A stretch of DNA of 64,000 nt from Christensenellales bacterium (GTDB lineage: Bacteria > Bacillota > Clostridia > Christensenellales > UBA3700), in NCBI GenBank assembly GCA_051883415.1, contig JBJETR010000072.1, forward strand, positions 118,217-182,216, given 5' to 3'. Both the position numbers and the translations under genes were made by a program. Positions 29,469 through 38,763 of the stretch are shown here, one piece after another. Position 1 is the stretch's first letter. Every line of letters begins with the position of its first letter. Below the pieces are notes generated by a model. The model worked only from the letters and a program-made list of their open reading frames with translations. It was not told the origin of the DNA and made no database searches.

Positions 29469-31838
29469 TTACGCTTCTAGGTATTTTTTGATTTTCATAA
29501 CGCCTGCGTATTTGTTGATTTGTCCGTCCTTGACAACCACCAAAGTAGGCACTTGCATTATTCCGTATTTCATCGACATATCTTCGTTGGCTTCGGCGTC
29601 GACCGGCTTATAATTTACGCCTGCCGCTTGCAACTCTTCTTTGGCGATTGGGCAGTTAGGGCATCTGGTGGTAGTAAAGAGATATACTCCGTCTTGCTCT
29701 TCGACTTGTGCCACAGGCTCTTCTTTGAGCTGAGCGGTACAGCAGTGCTTTGCGCTCATCTTAGAGTTGGCGATATCGTAAACCTTTCTATTCTTGAACT
29801 CTGCCAGCTTACCGTCGTTCCAGTTTTGGACAGGTCTGTAGTAACCCGTAATTCTGCTATAGACTTCCGCAGGTTTGCCACAGATAGGACACTTGTAGTG
29901 CTCGCCTATGATATAGCCGTGGTCGGCACATATCGAATAGGTAGGGCTCATAGTGTAATATGGCAACTTGTAGTTCTCCGCAATCTTTCTAACGAGGTTG
30001 GCGGTAGATTGCCAATCAGGAAGCTTCTCGCCGAGGAATGCGTGGAATACGGTACCCGAGGTGTATAGCGTTTGTAGCTCGTCTTGCACGTCGAGAGCCT
30101 CGAAGATATCTGCAGTATAGCCTACAGGCAAGTGAGAGCTGTTGGTGTAGTAAGGCGTTCCGTTCTCGGCGTCGCTGGCGGTGATGATATCGGGATAACG
30201 CTTTTTGTCGTGTTTAGCGAGTCTATAAGAGGTCGACTCTGCAGGAGTAGCCTCGAGGTTGTAGAGGTCGCCATACTTCTCTTGATAGTCGGATAGTCTG
30301 TTGCGCATATGGTTGAGCACGTCTTTTGCAAACTCTTGCGACACTTTTTCGGTCAAGTCCTCACCAATCCACTTAGCGTTGAGGCAAGCCTCGTTCATAC
30401 CCACAAGACCTATGGTTGAGAAGTGGTTGCTAAAGGTGCCGAGGTATCTCTTGGTATAAGGATAGAGTCCCTCTTCCAACAACTTGGTGATGATATCTCT
30501 CTTGTTTTTGAGGCTTCGAGCCGCAATATCCATCATTCTGTCAAGACGAGCGTAGAACTCTTCTTCGTTCTTGGACAAATATGCGATACGTGGAAGGTTG
30601 ATGGTAACTACGCCCACCGAGCCGGTGCTCTCGCCACTACCGAAGAAACCACCCGATTTCTTTCTGAGTTCTCTAAGGTCGAGTCTAAGTCTGCAGCACA
30701 TACTTCTTACGTCGCTTGGCTCCATATCGCTGTTGATATAGTTGGAGAAGTAAGGGGTGCCGTACTTGGCAGTCATCTCAAACAAAAGTCTGTTGTTTTC
30801 GGTGTCCGACCAATCGAAGTCCTTGGTGATAGAATAGGTAGGGATAGGATATTGGAAACCTCTTCCGTTGGCATCGCCCTCAATCATGATTTCGATAAAC
30901 GCCTTGTTGACCATAGCCATCTCGTCTACGCAGTCTTTGTATTTGAAGTCAACTTCTTTTCCGCCAACGATACAGTTCTTTTCTGCAAGGTCGGCAGGGA
31001 CAGTCCAGTCAAGGGTGATATTGGTAAACGGAGCTTGCGTACCCCAACGGCTAGGGGTGTTGACGCCGTAGATAAAGGATTGCAAGCATTGCTTAACCTC
31101 TTTGTAGGAGAGGTTGTCTATCTTGACGAAAGGAGCAAGGTAGGTGTCGAAGGAGGAGAAGGCTTGCGCGCCTGCCCATTCGTTTTGCATGATACCGAGG
31201 AAGTTGACCATTTGGTTGCAAAGCGTAGACAAGTGAGCTGCAGGTGCGGAGGTAATCTTACCTCTGATTCCGCCCAAACCTTCTTGAATAAGTTGTCTAA
31301 GCGACCAACCTGCGCAGTAGCCGGTAAGCATCGACAAGTCGTGGATATGAATGTCGGCGTTGCGGTGTGCGTTGCCGATTTCTTCATCGTAAACTTCGCT
31401 GAGCCAGTAGTTGGCGGTGATAGCGCCCGAGTTGGAAAGGATAAGTCCGCCGACGGAATAGGTGACGGTGGAGTTCTCTTTTACACGCCAATCCTCGAGT
31501 TTTACGTAGCTGTTGACAAGGTCCTTATAGTCGAGGATAGTCGACTTCATGTTACGGATTTTTTCTCTTTGTTTGCGGTACAAAATATACGCTCTTGCAA
31601 CGTCGGTATAACCCGATTGTTCCAAAACTGCCTCTACGCTGTCTTGAATGCTTTCTACGGAGATTTGGTTGTCCTTAATCTTTGGTTCAAAGTCCGCGGT
31701 AACTCTCAAAGCAAGCGTCTCGATGATGCTTGGAACGTATTGTCTGTTTTGCGCAACGAAGGCTCTTTCGATAGCTTTGCTTATTTTGCTAAGGCTGAAT
31801 TCTACTATTTCGCCATCTCTTTTTACTACTTGGTACAT
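29469..31838 (-). CDS. nrdD: Anaerobic ribonucleoside-triphosphate reductase (class III, NrdD) with an N-terminal ATP-cone and a fused C-terminal thioredoxin/glutaredoxin-fold CxxC domain
   Basis: 789 aa. ATP-cone (VVKRDGEIVEF), NrdD core, Zn ribbon CPICGKPAE, and glycyl-radical motif SRITGYYRPV. A further ~100 aa follow, ending in a 73-aa redoxin fold (GVYLFTTTRCPNCP...VPTLVV) encoded at 29472..29690. Confidence 0.93.
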   Translation of the reverse strand: MYQVVKRDGEIVEFSLSKISKAIERAFVAQNRQYVPSIIETLALRVTADFEPKIKDNQISVESIQDSVEAVLEQSGYTDVARAYILYRKQREKIRNMKSTILDYKDLVNSYVKLEDWRVKENSTVTYSVGGLILSNSGAITANYWLSEVYDEEIGNAHRNADIHIHDLSMLTGYCAGWSLRQLIQEGLGGIRGKITSAPAAHLSTLCNQMVNFLGIMQNEWAGAQAFSSFDTYLAPFVKIDNLSYKEVKQCLQSFIYGVNTPSRWGTQAPFTNITLDWTVPADLAEKNCIVGGKEVDFKYKDCVDEMAMVNKAFIEIMIEGDANGRGFQYPIPTYSITKDFDWSDTENNRLLFEMTAKYGTPYFSNYINSDMEPSDVRSMCCRLRLDLRELRKKSGGFFGSGESTGSVGVVTINLPRIAYLSKNEEEFYARLDRMMDIAARSLKNKRDIITKLLEEGLYPYTKRYLGTFSNHFSTIGLVGMNEACLNAKWIGEDLTEKVSQEFAKDVLNHMRNRLSDYQEKYGDLYNLEATPAESTSYRLAKHDKKRYPDIITASDAENGTPYYTNSSHLPVGYTADIFEALDVQDELQTLYTSGTVFHAFLGEKLPDWQSTANLVRKIAENYKLPYYTMSPTYSICADHGYIIGEHYKCPICGKPAEVYSRITGYYRPVQNWNDGKLAEFKNRKVYDIANSKMSAKHCCTAQLKEEPVAQVEEQDGVYLFTTTRCPNCPIAKEELQAAGVNYKPVDAEANEDMSMKYGIMQVPTLVVVKDGQINKYAGVMKIKKYLEA

Positions 31839-31875
31839 CTTATTTTACTCCCCTTAAATTTTTCACTGTACAACC

Positions 31876-31904
31876 ATTATAAAACAACATATTGGGCTTG
31901 TCAA
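31876..31904 (-). promoter_or_regulatory. Perfect-consensus sigma-A promoter of nrdD (TTGACA-17 nt-TATAAT)
   Basis: On the plus strand TGTCAA is at 31899..31904 and ATTATA at 31876..31881, with a 17-nt spacer. About 37 nt upstream of the nrdD ATG. Confidence 0.75.
31882..31897. promoter_or_regulatory. NrdR box (proximal, within the promoter spacer)
   Basis: AAACAACATATTGGGC. I count 12 of 16 matches to the NrdR consensus acaCwAtATaTwGtgt. Its centre is 32 bp from the centre of the distal box. Confidence 0.6.
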
Positions 31905-31913
31905 GAGCAAAAA

Positions 31914-31929
31914 ACACAATATCTTGTAT
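31914..31929. promoter_or_regulatory. NrdR box (distal)
   Basis: ACACAATATCTTGTAT. I count 14 of 16 matches to acaCwAtATaTwGtgt. The tandem arrangement at 32-bp centre spacing is the classical NrdR architecture. Confidence 0.75.
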
Positions 31930-31972
31930 ATTTTGAGATTTTACATATAACCTTATCGAGAGTACGTTTTTT

Positions 31973-32012
31973 AGCAAAAAGCACGCATTTCGACCAAATT
32001 CGCCCTGCGTGC
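31973..32012 (-). terminator. Terminator-like hairpin after nrdG, separating it from nrdD
   Basis: GCACGCA (31981..31987), 18-nt loop, TGCGTGC (32006..32012). The A-run at 31976..31980 gives UUUUU on the minus strand. Confidence 0.55.
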
Positions 32013-32075
32013 CTAATTGTATGTAATTAATATAATACCTCTCTGTTATTTTGTTATTTGGCTCACGCCTAACGA

Positions 32076-32771
32076 TTAAAATACTCCTCTAAGGTGGGTA
32101 GGTATTGACCTCTCTATCAGCAATGCTTGAAACTCTTTCATTTCTTCGTCGCTACAAGCCTCGAGTCCTTTGGCAATAGTACTGCCCGAGTCCACGAACT
32201 TTTGCAAAAAATACTTCTTTGTCCCCTTAATCCAATCTGCAATAGCCAACATATCTTCTGCGGTGTGCAACTGTTTGACTACCGTGGTGCGGAACTCGTA
32301 ATCCACCCTTCCCTCAAGGAGCAATTCCACGCTCTTTTTGACGCCCGACAGGTCGAAGTTTTTGATGCCGACGGTACGAGGGTAAGCCTCGGGACTGTTT
32401 TTGATATCCATAGCCACGTAATCGACGAGCTTGTTGTCGATAAGCTTTTTGAGAGTTTCGTAGTTGCTTCCGTTGGTATCGAGCTTGACCAAAAAGCCTC
32501 TTGCCTTAATCTCTTGCATAAACTCGGCAAGGTCGGGTTGTAATGTAGGCTCTCCGCCCGTTATGCACACACCGTCAAGTAAACCTTGTCGCTTGGCGAG
32601 ATAATCGAATATCTCTTCTTTGCTAATCAATGGTTGGGAAGAAGGATCCAAAACCAAAGTCGAGTTGTGACAAAACGGACAACGCATATTGCATCTGCCC
32701 GTAAATACCGTACACGCCGTCTTGCGATCATAATCCACCAAGGTCAATTTGTTAAGTCCGTGTATTTCCAT
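32076..32771 (-). CDS. nrdG: Anaerobic ribonucleoside-triphosphate reductase activating protein (radical SAM)
   Basis: 231 aa. CNMRCPFCHN cluster motif and GVCITGGEPTLQ. The gene lies upstream of nrdD rather than downstream. Confidence 0.9.
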   Translation of the reverse strand: MEIHGLNKLTLVDYDRKTACTVFTGRCNMRCPFCHNSTLVLDPSSQPLISKEEIFDYLAKRQGLLDGVCITGGEPTLQPDLAEFMQEIKARGFLVKLDTNGSNYETLKKLIDNKLVDYVAMDIKNSPEAYPRTVGIKNFDLSGVKKSVELLLEGRVDYEFRTTVVKQLHTAEDMLAIADWIKGTKKYFLQKFVDSGSTIAKGLEACSDEEMKEFQALLIERSIPTHLRGVF

Positions 32772-32913
32772 AGTCGTATAGTCCTTATATTGATATAGAT
32801 ATATTATACAATATTATTTGCTTTTTTCAATACCTATTTTTAATAGAGCGTAGTAGTCGTTGTCATACCGAAATGTATTAGCCCCGCCGCACAAGCAGGG
32901 AGCGTACCGCCAA

Positions 32914-32937
32914 CAAAAAGGACGCCTCAGCGTCCTT
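32914..32937 (-). terminator. Rho-independent terminator after ftsH
   Basis: AAGGACGC (32918..32925), loop CTCA, GCGTCCTT (32930..32937). An A-run precedes it on the plus strand. Confidence 0.8.
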
Positions 32938-32942
32938 ATGCT

Positions 32943-34985
32943 TTAATTATTGTCCTTTGGCTCGTCGGTTGGTTTGTCTTGTTCTACCTCGTCCTCTACC
33001 TTGTCCTCGCCCGGCTTTTCTTGCGTGTCGTTTGGTTCAGGCACTATTTCTACCTTTGGAGCAGAGGTCTTTTTGTATTTGTCATTCTTCTCTTGACGAA
33101 CATCGATACTAGATATGACCTCTTCGGCACTTTTGCCCTCGAAGAGCATCTCAACTTCGCTAGTGTAAATGGTCTCTTTTTCGTACAAAACTTTGACCAT
33201 ATTGTCTAGGATATCACGCTTGCTCTTGAGCACTTCGATTGCCCTGTCGTAGCAGTCGTCGATTATCTTTTTGATTTCGCTGTCAATCAAATCGCCAATC
33301 TTTTCGCTATAGGTGTGTTGGGTTGCATAGTCCTTGCCCAAGAATACTTCCTTCTCTCCGCCGAGGAAGATGTTGCCCACCTTGTCGGACATACCCCATT
33401 CCGTCACCATGCTCCTTGCGATAGAAGTTGCTCTTTGGATATCGTTGGAAGCACCCGTCGACACGTCGTGAATGACGATTTCTTCAGCGGCTCTACCGCC
33501 GAGCATCATAGTGATGAGGTCGGTGAGCTTGTTCTTAGACACGTGGCTATCGTCGCTCTCAGGTCTGGTCAAAGTATATCCCGCAGCCATACCTCTCGGA
33601 ATTATGCTGACTTCTTGCACTTCGTCACAATGTGGCAAAACTTTGGCGATAATTGCATGCCCTGCCTCGTGATAAGCCGTAATACGCTTGTCGCTGTCGG
33701 TAATGATTCTACTCTTCTTTTGAGGTCCTGCAATGACTTTGTTGATTGCCTCGAGGATATCTTCCATAATAATGACTTTTCTATCTGCTCGAGCTGCGAG
33801 AATAGAGGCTTCGTTGAGCAAGTTTTCTATATCTGCACCGCTAAATCCGCTAGTCATACGAGCAAGCACCTTGAAAGATATCTCGCTAGCAAGAGGCTTG
33901 TTGCGTGCGTGCACCTTGAAGATTGCCTCTCTACCCTTGACGTCGGGGGTATTGACGTATATTTGTCTATCAAATCTGCCCGGTCTCATAAGAGCGGGAT
34001 CGAGGATATCCACTCTGTTGGTAGCCGCCATAATGATGATGCCGTCGTTCTTTTCGAAGCCGTCCATTTGCACGAGCAATTGGTTGAGCGTCTGTTCTCT
34101 CTCGTCGTTGCCGCCGCCAAGACCAGCGCCACGGTGTCTACCTACGGCGTCGATTTCGTCGATAAATATTATGCAAGGCATATTGCGTTTGGCTTGCTCA
34201 AACAAATCTCTCACTCTTGCCGCACCCGTACCTACGAACATCTCCACGAAGTCGGAACCGCTGATAGAGAAGAAAGGCACGTTGCTCTCGCCCGCTACTG
34301 CTTTGGCAAACAAGGTTTTACCCGTTCCCGGAGGGCCCACGAGCAACACGCCCTTAGGTATTCTTGCTCCGAGTGCGGTAAACTTTTGCGGATTTTTGAG
34401 GAATTCTACAATCTCGGCGAGTTCAAGCTTTTCTTCTTCGGCACCCGCTACGTCGCTAAACTTGACGTTGACGTTCATGTTGAGTCTTGCTTTGGTCTTG
34501 CCAAAGTTCATGGCTTGCTTGTTGGCTCCGCCCGCTTGTCTAAACAAGAAGAAGACCACTATTCCCATCAAAAGAAGCGAACCTATAGGGAAAAGAAGCG
34601 ATGTCCACGTCGAGCCGGAATTAGGATCGTCGTACTTGACGACAGGCACGTTGGCGCCTGCCTCAACCAAACTGTCAAGCTTGCTAGCGAACTCAGTCCT
34701 GGACGGAATTCTTACAAAATAAGTAGCCTTTTTGGTTGGATTTTTGAAAAAAGCGTCGTTGGTAGTCGTCGAACCTTCTACAAGCACGTAAGCGGTATAT
34801 CCACCGCTGATATATATACCTTCAACCTTGTTGTCCCTTATCATTTGCACCAAAGATTCCTCACCTTCGTAGGAGAGTTCTTTTGGTTTCGCTCCGCCCA
34901 GCATCGTCCATATCAAAACGAATATCAAAACGGTGCAAAGCGCAATTATTGAAAATCTAATTATGTTGGCTGTCTTTTTGTTCAC
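32943..34985 (-). CDS. ftsH: ATP-dependent zinc metalloprotease FtsH
   Basis: 680 aa. N-terminal TM pair, Walker A GPPGTGKT, Walker [13 protein letters not shown] region, and HEAGH zinc site. Has an acidic C-terminal tail. Confidence 0.97.
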   Translation of the reverse strand: MNKKTANIIRFSIIALCTVLIFVLIWTMLGGAKPKELSYEGEESLVQMIRDNKVEGIYISGGYTAYVLVEGSTTTNDAFFKNPTKKATYFVRIPSRTEFASKLDSLVEAGANVPVVKYDDPNSGSTWTSLLFPIGSLLLMGIVVFFLFRQAGGANKQAMNFGKTKARLNMNVNVKFSDVAGAEEEKLELAEIVEFLKNPQKFTALGARIPKGVLLVGPPGTGKTLFAKAVAGESNVPFFSISGSDFVEMFVGTGAARVRDLFEQAKRNMPCIIFIDEIDAVGRHRGAGLGGGNDEREQTLNQLLVQMDGFEKNDGIIIMAATNRVDILDPALMRPGRFDRQIYVNTPDVKGREAIFKVHARNKPLASEISFKVLARMTSGFSGADIENLLNEASILAARADRKVIIMEDILEAINKVIAGPQKKSRIITDSDKRITAYHEAGHAIIAKVLPHCDEVQEVSIIPRGMAAGYTLTRPESDDSHVSKNKLTDLITMMLGGRAAEEIVIHDVSTGASNDIQRATSIARSMVTEWGMSDKVGNIFLGGEKEVFLGKDYATQHTYSEKIGDLIDSEIKKIIDDCYDRAIEVLKSKRDILDNMVKVLYEKETIYTSEVEMLFEGKSAEEVISSIDVRQEKNDKYKKTSAPKVEIVPEPNDTQEKPGEDKVEDEVEQDKPTDEPKDNN

Positions 34986-35096
34986 AGTCCCCTCCGCATT
35001 GCTAATCTTAGTCTAAACGTTACTTTATAATAATATAATTGCCTCATCAAGTCAAGTATTGTCAAAAAATATAGTTATGCGGAGTGTAAAATGTTT

Positions 35097-35534
35097 CTAA
35101 AATCTATACTGCGTAACCAATTCAAAGGTCTTGCGAGACATCCTATCTATAAAGCCCTCGTCACGAGTCTTTAGCTCCGTCATTCTATCTGAATTACTGT
35201 CGCCGACAATCGCCATAACCCCTATATCACCTATACGCTTACGATTGCTAAAAAATGCACCTCCCGGCTTAATACCGTTGGAAGTGAGTTTGATTTTCCC
35301 TATGTCTTTGCTCTCGCCGAGGGTAGAATCTATGACGACCACCACGTCGTTTTTGTGACGTTTGTTAAGCATTTGCGCATATTGCGCGACGTTAAGCGAA
35401 GTTATTTGATTGCCCGTGCAACCGTACACGTATGCGTCAACACCGCTGGCTTTGAGCAAATCACCCACTTTTGGTCCTATACTGTCCCCGACAACCTTGG
35501 TCGTCCCTATACAAACAAATACCAATTTTTTCAT
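35097..35534 (-). CDS. yyaC: YyaC-family putative sporulation protein (GPR/hydrogenase-maturation-protease-like fold)
   Basis: The N-terminus KKLVFVCIGTTKVVGDSIGPKVGDLL matches the YyaC (DUF1256) pattern from memory. The ATG at 35534 is preferred over the TTG at 35558. Confidence 0.75.
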   Translation of the reverse strand: MKKLVFVCIGTTKVVGDSIGPKVGDLLKASGVDAYVYGCTGNQITSLNVAQYAQMLNKRHKNDVVVVIDSTLGESKDIGKIKLTSNGIKPGGAFFSNRKRIGDIGVMAIVGDSNSDRMTELKTRDEGFIDRMSRKTFELVTQYRF

Positions 35535-35661
35535 ATTCAAAAGTCTTGCCAAAGTCAAAAAAATTATACCTGTATTGATTTATTTGACTTTTTTGGTCAA
35601 TAATATCATCGTCGATTGCTCGCTAAATCGCCGTCTGTAATTCGAAATACACAAAAGCATA

Positions 35662-35690
35662 TTGACATTTTGATAAAACTCTAATATAAT
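35662..35690 (+). promoter_or_regulatory. Perfect-consensus sigma-A promoter of cvpA-like gene (TTGACA-17 nt-TATAAT)
   Basis: TTGACA at 35662..35667 and TATAAT at 35685..35690. Confidence 0.75.
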
Positions 35691-35730
35691 ATTTATACCG
35701 AACGGGTATTCGTTTGGTAAGGAGATAGAT

Positions 35731-36351
35731 ATGTTCAACTATATTTTAGCATTACCCGAGCTTCCTATTCCCGTATCCTACGTTACGATAGGTGCGGCGG
35801 TTATTTTGTTGCTTGGGCTAATCATCGGAGCAAAACAAGGCTTAGTCAAGGCGCTATTCTCTATTTTGTCCACTGCCGGTTCTATCGTTGCGGCTACGTT
35901 CATTATGCCTTATGTCAGCAACTTCTTGATGGGGCAAGCTAAGATTCAAGAGATGATCGCTACTTATGGAACAATTCTCAACAAGGCAGTAGCGGTAATA
36001 TCCTTTATTATGGGTTGGATATTGGCATTCGTTGTACTCAAAATCATATTTGCTATCATCAACAAAATATTCAGTGGGGACGGCGTGCTCGGCACTATCA
36101 ACAGACTGCTCGGTGCGGTATTCGGCTTGGCTGCCTCTGCACTAGTAGTGATTACTATCGTATATTTGATGAATTTGTTTAGTAGTAGCCAATCCATATT
36201 CCAAGAGTTGCTTGACAACGCCAACACCGATCCTGTCGGTGCATTCTTGGTAGAGAACAATTTGCTTGGCAAACTCATAGACCTAATTGCCGAGAAGGTA
36301 CCTGCCTTCGCCGACTTTTTAGCCTCGATAGGCTATACGGCGGCAAGTTAG
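35731..36351 (+). CDS. CvpA-family membrane protein
   Basis: 206 aa, 4-5 TM. The N-terminal layout (short periplasmic stub, GLIIGAKQGLVKALFSIL) is typical of CvpA-like proteins. RBS AAGGAGAT. Confidence 0.7.
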   Translation: MFNYILALPELPIPVSYVTIGAAVILLLGLIIGAKQGLVKALFSILSTAGSIVAATFIMPYVSNFLMGQAKIQEMIATYGTILNKAVAVISFIMGWILAFVVLKIIFAIINKIFSGDGVLGTINRLLGAVFGLAASALVVITIVYLMNLFSSSQSIFQELLDNANTDPVGAFLVENNLLGKLIDLIAEKVPAFADFLASIGYTAAS

Positions 36352-36581
36352 AGCCACAGCGACAACAAATTACCTACAATTCCAAAAAGTCCGCTCAAAA
36401 TTAGAGTGGACTTTTTTATTTGTTGCAACACAACGTACTCTATCAGGCATACGATTGACGTTGCTACGTCGAATATTGCTATGGCATACAAGGTCCTTTT
36501 CTTTGTCCCTATCGTCCAACAAATTAGGTATTTGATAGCTATCGTCACCAAAAATACGCTCACGTTTTCTATAACCGTCAT
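36348..36581 (-). CDS. Possible small membrane protein (77 aa, 2-3 TM), hypothetical
   Basis: A hydrophobic ORF convergent with the cvpA-like gene, with a 4-nt overlap of the ends. No RBS or homology recognised, so it may be spurious. Confidence 0.3.
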   Translation of the reverse strand: MTVIENVSVFLVTIAIKYLICWTIGTKKRTLYAIAIFDVATSIVCLIEYVVLQQIKKSTLILSGLFGIVGNLLSLWL

Positions 36582-36633
36582 ATTGTATTTATATTGTCAA
36601 AATAGCAAATATTGTAAAAATTATGCTAACCTA

Positions 36634-36662
36634 TTGAAAAATACCTATTTTTAATTTATAAT
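36634..36662 (+). promoter_or_regulatory. Sigma-A promoter (TTGAAA-17 nt-TATAAT) placed 9 nt before the acyltransferase ATG (leaderless candidate)
   Basis: TTGAAA at 36634..36639, TATAAT at 36657..36662, ATG at 36672. No Shine-Dalgarno in between. Confidence 0.6.
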
Positions 36663-36671
36663 ATTATAGTC

Positions 36672-37982
36672 ATGAACAAAAAGATTTCCAAGTGGCATAG
36701 GCTGGACAACTCCGCCAAAATATATCCTATGATGGAGCAAAGGGATAAGCACAATCTCTTTCGCATAACTTTCGTTATGAAACAAGACGTTGCGCCCGAC
36801 GTACTCCAAAAGGCTCTAGAGCTGACATTGACACGTTTTCCTTCCTTCAAAGTAAAACTAAAAAAGGGATTTTTTTGGTACTATTTCGACACCAACGACA
36901 TGCCCGCAAAAATATATCCTCTCGATCCGGCGCCTCTGCGCAAGGTCGTTGCCAAGAAGAACAACGGCTATTGCTTTAAGATTAGTTATTACAATAGGTT
37001 GATTACGGGCGACTTTTTCCATGCGCTGTGCGACGGCGTGGGAGCGAGTTGTTTTATGAAGTCTCTCGTCTATACCTACGTCAATCTCTTAGGCTACGAC
37101 GTAGCCTCCGACTGCAAAATTATGACTATAGGCTCGCCTGTTCAGCCATCGGAGCTTGAGGACAGCTTCCTTGCCAATTACAAAAAAGTAAAAATCAAAG
37201 ACCTCAACATATCGTCTCTCAAAGGCGACAAAAAGAACGCCTACCTCATCAAGGGCATAATGTTCGAGGACAACGGCACGGGCATAATCCACGTATACTG
37301 CCCTATTGCCGATTTGCTATCCAAAGCCAAAGAAAAGGGGTGTACCGTCACCGAATTGTTGACGGCAATATTTATCCTTTCGATATACGAGGCGCAGATA
37401 GAGGGCAAAAACGACGACGCTGGCAATATCCAGATATTTTGTCCTATCAATCTTCGCAAGATTTTCAATTCCAATACGCTACTCAACTTCTCGCTCTTCT
37501 CTCGTATAAGCGCCAACCCACACACCGACATGGATATAGATACGCTCATATCCATAGTGCACGATTGCTTGCAACGTGACACCGACAAAGAGCTGCTTAG
37601 CAGTAAGATTTCCACCACCGTGATGGGAGAAAAGTTCTTCTTGATGCGCATAATGCCGCTATTTATCAAGCAGTTTATTTTCAAGATAAGCAATCTTTTC
37701 ATAGGCAAAAACAAAAAGACGGCGACCTTCTCCAACGTGGGCATTTTGCAACTACCCGACGGCTTACGCAACCACGTAGAGTCGGCTTCGGTGAGCATAA
37801 GCGTCAACCAAACCACGCCAATAAGCCTTACGGCTCTCACCACCTACGACACTCTGTGCCTGACGTTTACCAGATGTATCACCGATACCGCAATAGAACA
37901 AGCTTTCGTCAAGCATCTACAAAATCTCGGCATTGACGTATCCGTCAATAGCAATATGTGGGAGGTGAATTATGCGTTGTAA
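36672..37982 (+). CDS. HxxxD-motif acyltransferase (condensation / WS-DGAT / alcohol acetyltransferase-like superfamily)
   Basis: 436 aa. N-terminal WHRLDNSAKIYP and catalytic-type HALCD encoded at 37020..37034. Size and layout resemble proteins annotated as alcohol acetyltransferase in Clostridia, from memory. Confidence 0.65.
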   Translation: MNKKISKWHRLDNSAKIYPMMEQRDKHNLFRITFVMKQDVAPDVLQKALELTLTRFPSFKVKLKKGFFWYYFDTNDMPAKIYPLDPAPLRKVVAKKNNGYCFKISYYNRLITGDFFHALCDGVGASCFMKSLVYTYVNLLGYDVASDCKIMTIGSPVQPSELEDSFLANYKKVKIKDLNISSLKGDKKNAYLIKGIMFEDNGTGIIHVYCPIADLLSKAKEKGCTVTELLTAIFILSIYEAQIEGKNDDAGNIQIFCPINLRKIFNSNTLLNFSLFSRISANPHTDMDIDTLISIVHDCLQRDTDKELLSSKISTTVMGEKFFLMRIMPLFIKQFIFKISNLFIGKNKKTATFSNVGILQLPDGLRNHVESASVSISVNQTTPISLTALTTYDTLCLTFTRCITDTAIEQAFVKHLQNLGIDVSVNSNMWEVNYAL

Positions 37983-38667
37983 GTATTGCGGCGTAGAAGT
38001 CAATGACAACGTCAAGATTTGCCCTATCTGCCACGAAAAGCTCGAGGGTTACACACCCGACGCTCCGTCAATGTACCCCGCCAAGGACAGCGTAAGACGC
38101 AAAAGAAAGCATACTCACTTTACCTTTGACAACTTATATTGGGGCATTGGGCTGGCGGTATGGATATGTTGTCTTGCAGTATGCAAAACCGTTACGCCTA
38201 CTCTGCAATGGCATTGGCTCGCCATATTGCTGATATTGTACGGTTATCTCTTCGTACGCAACACGATACTCTCCAATTCGTCTATAGGGCTCAAAATATT
38301 TACCCAAATCATTATGATTTTGGCAGTATTGATTAGTTCGCTATATATATTCAAGGGGCTCAACCTGTACCACGATCCAAAGTATTGGATACTAGAATAC
38401 GCCTTGCCTATCGTGCTCGGCACGGGACTTGTCATAATGATAGTTTTCGTGTGCATCTTTGCCAAAAGACGTCCGTCACTCATTGTCGACTGCGTATTTA
38501 TGATGCTACTAGGCTATGCGCCTATCATAATGTACCTCACGGGCAACGTCACTCACCTGTGGCCGTCGCTCGCCGTGTCTATCGTAGCTACCTTAGCAAT
38601 CATATCTTGCTTTATGTTCGGCAGAAAAGAATTGATTGACGAACTCAAAAAGAGATTTCATTTATAA
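37972..38667 (+). CDS. Zinc-ribbon N-terminal domain fused to a polytopic membrane domain (DUF6320-like, from memory)
   Basis: 231 aa. CKYCG..(10)..CPICH zinc ribbon, then about 5-6 hydrophobic helices. Overlaps the acyltransferase gene by 11 nt. Confidence 0.6.
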   Translation: MRCKYCGVEVNDNVKICPICHEKLEGYTPDAPSMYPAKDSVRRKRKHTHFTFDNLYWGIGLAVWICCLAVCKTVTPTLQWHWLAILLILYGYLFVRNTILSNSSIGLKIFTQIIMILAVLISSLYIFKGLNLYHDPKYWILEYALPIVLGTGLVIMIVFVCIFAKRRPSLIVDCVFMMLLGYAPIIMYLTGNVTHLWPSLAVSIVATLAIISCFMFGRKELIDELKKRFHL

Positions 38668-38674
38668 ACCGACA

Positions 38675-38702
38675 AACGCCACTATCAAAGTGGCGTTTTA
38701 TC
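38675..38702 (+). terminator. Rho-independent terminator after the acyltransferase pair
   Basis: AACGCCAC (38675..38682), 7-nt loop, GTGGCGTT (38690..38697), then TTTTA. Confidence 0.8.
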
Positions 38703-38725
38703 AATTATTCAATTGTTTTAAGACA

Positions 38726-38755
38726 ACAAAAATACCGAACTCATCGTTCGGTATT
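38726..38755 (-). terminator. Rho-independent terminator after gyrA
   Basis: AATACCGAAC (38731..38740), 5-nt loop, GTTCGGTATT (38746..38755). The A-run upstream on the plus strand gives the U-tract on the minus strand. Confidence 0.85.
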
Positions 38756-38763
38756 TTATTGAT

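Noticed and set aside
30423-32030. 535-aa plus-strand ORF, plus similar long plus-strand ORFs (15771..16757, 16804..17577, 20845..21639, 24460..25395, 26110..27132, 33315..34952, 33733..34722, 39094..40128, 40486..41550, 45976..47004, 55813..57045, 58870..59472)
   Set aside because: Each lies entirely antisense to a minus-strand gene with unmistakable homology (nrdD, transketolase, nagB, lacZ, ftsH, gyrA, NSS transporter, YegP gene, fprA). None has an RBS or a recognisable domain. They are typical antisense open frames in moderately GC-balanced coding DNA.
32772-32912. Additional NrdR boxes upstream of nrdG
   Set aside because: The AT-rich promoter region (TTGAAA...TATAAT around 32795..32830 on the minus strand) has palindromic fragments such as ATATCTATATCAATAT. 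These lack the conserved C/G positions of the NrdR consensus, so no box is called.
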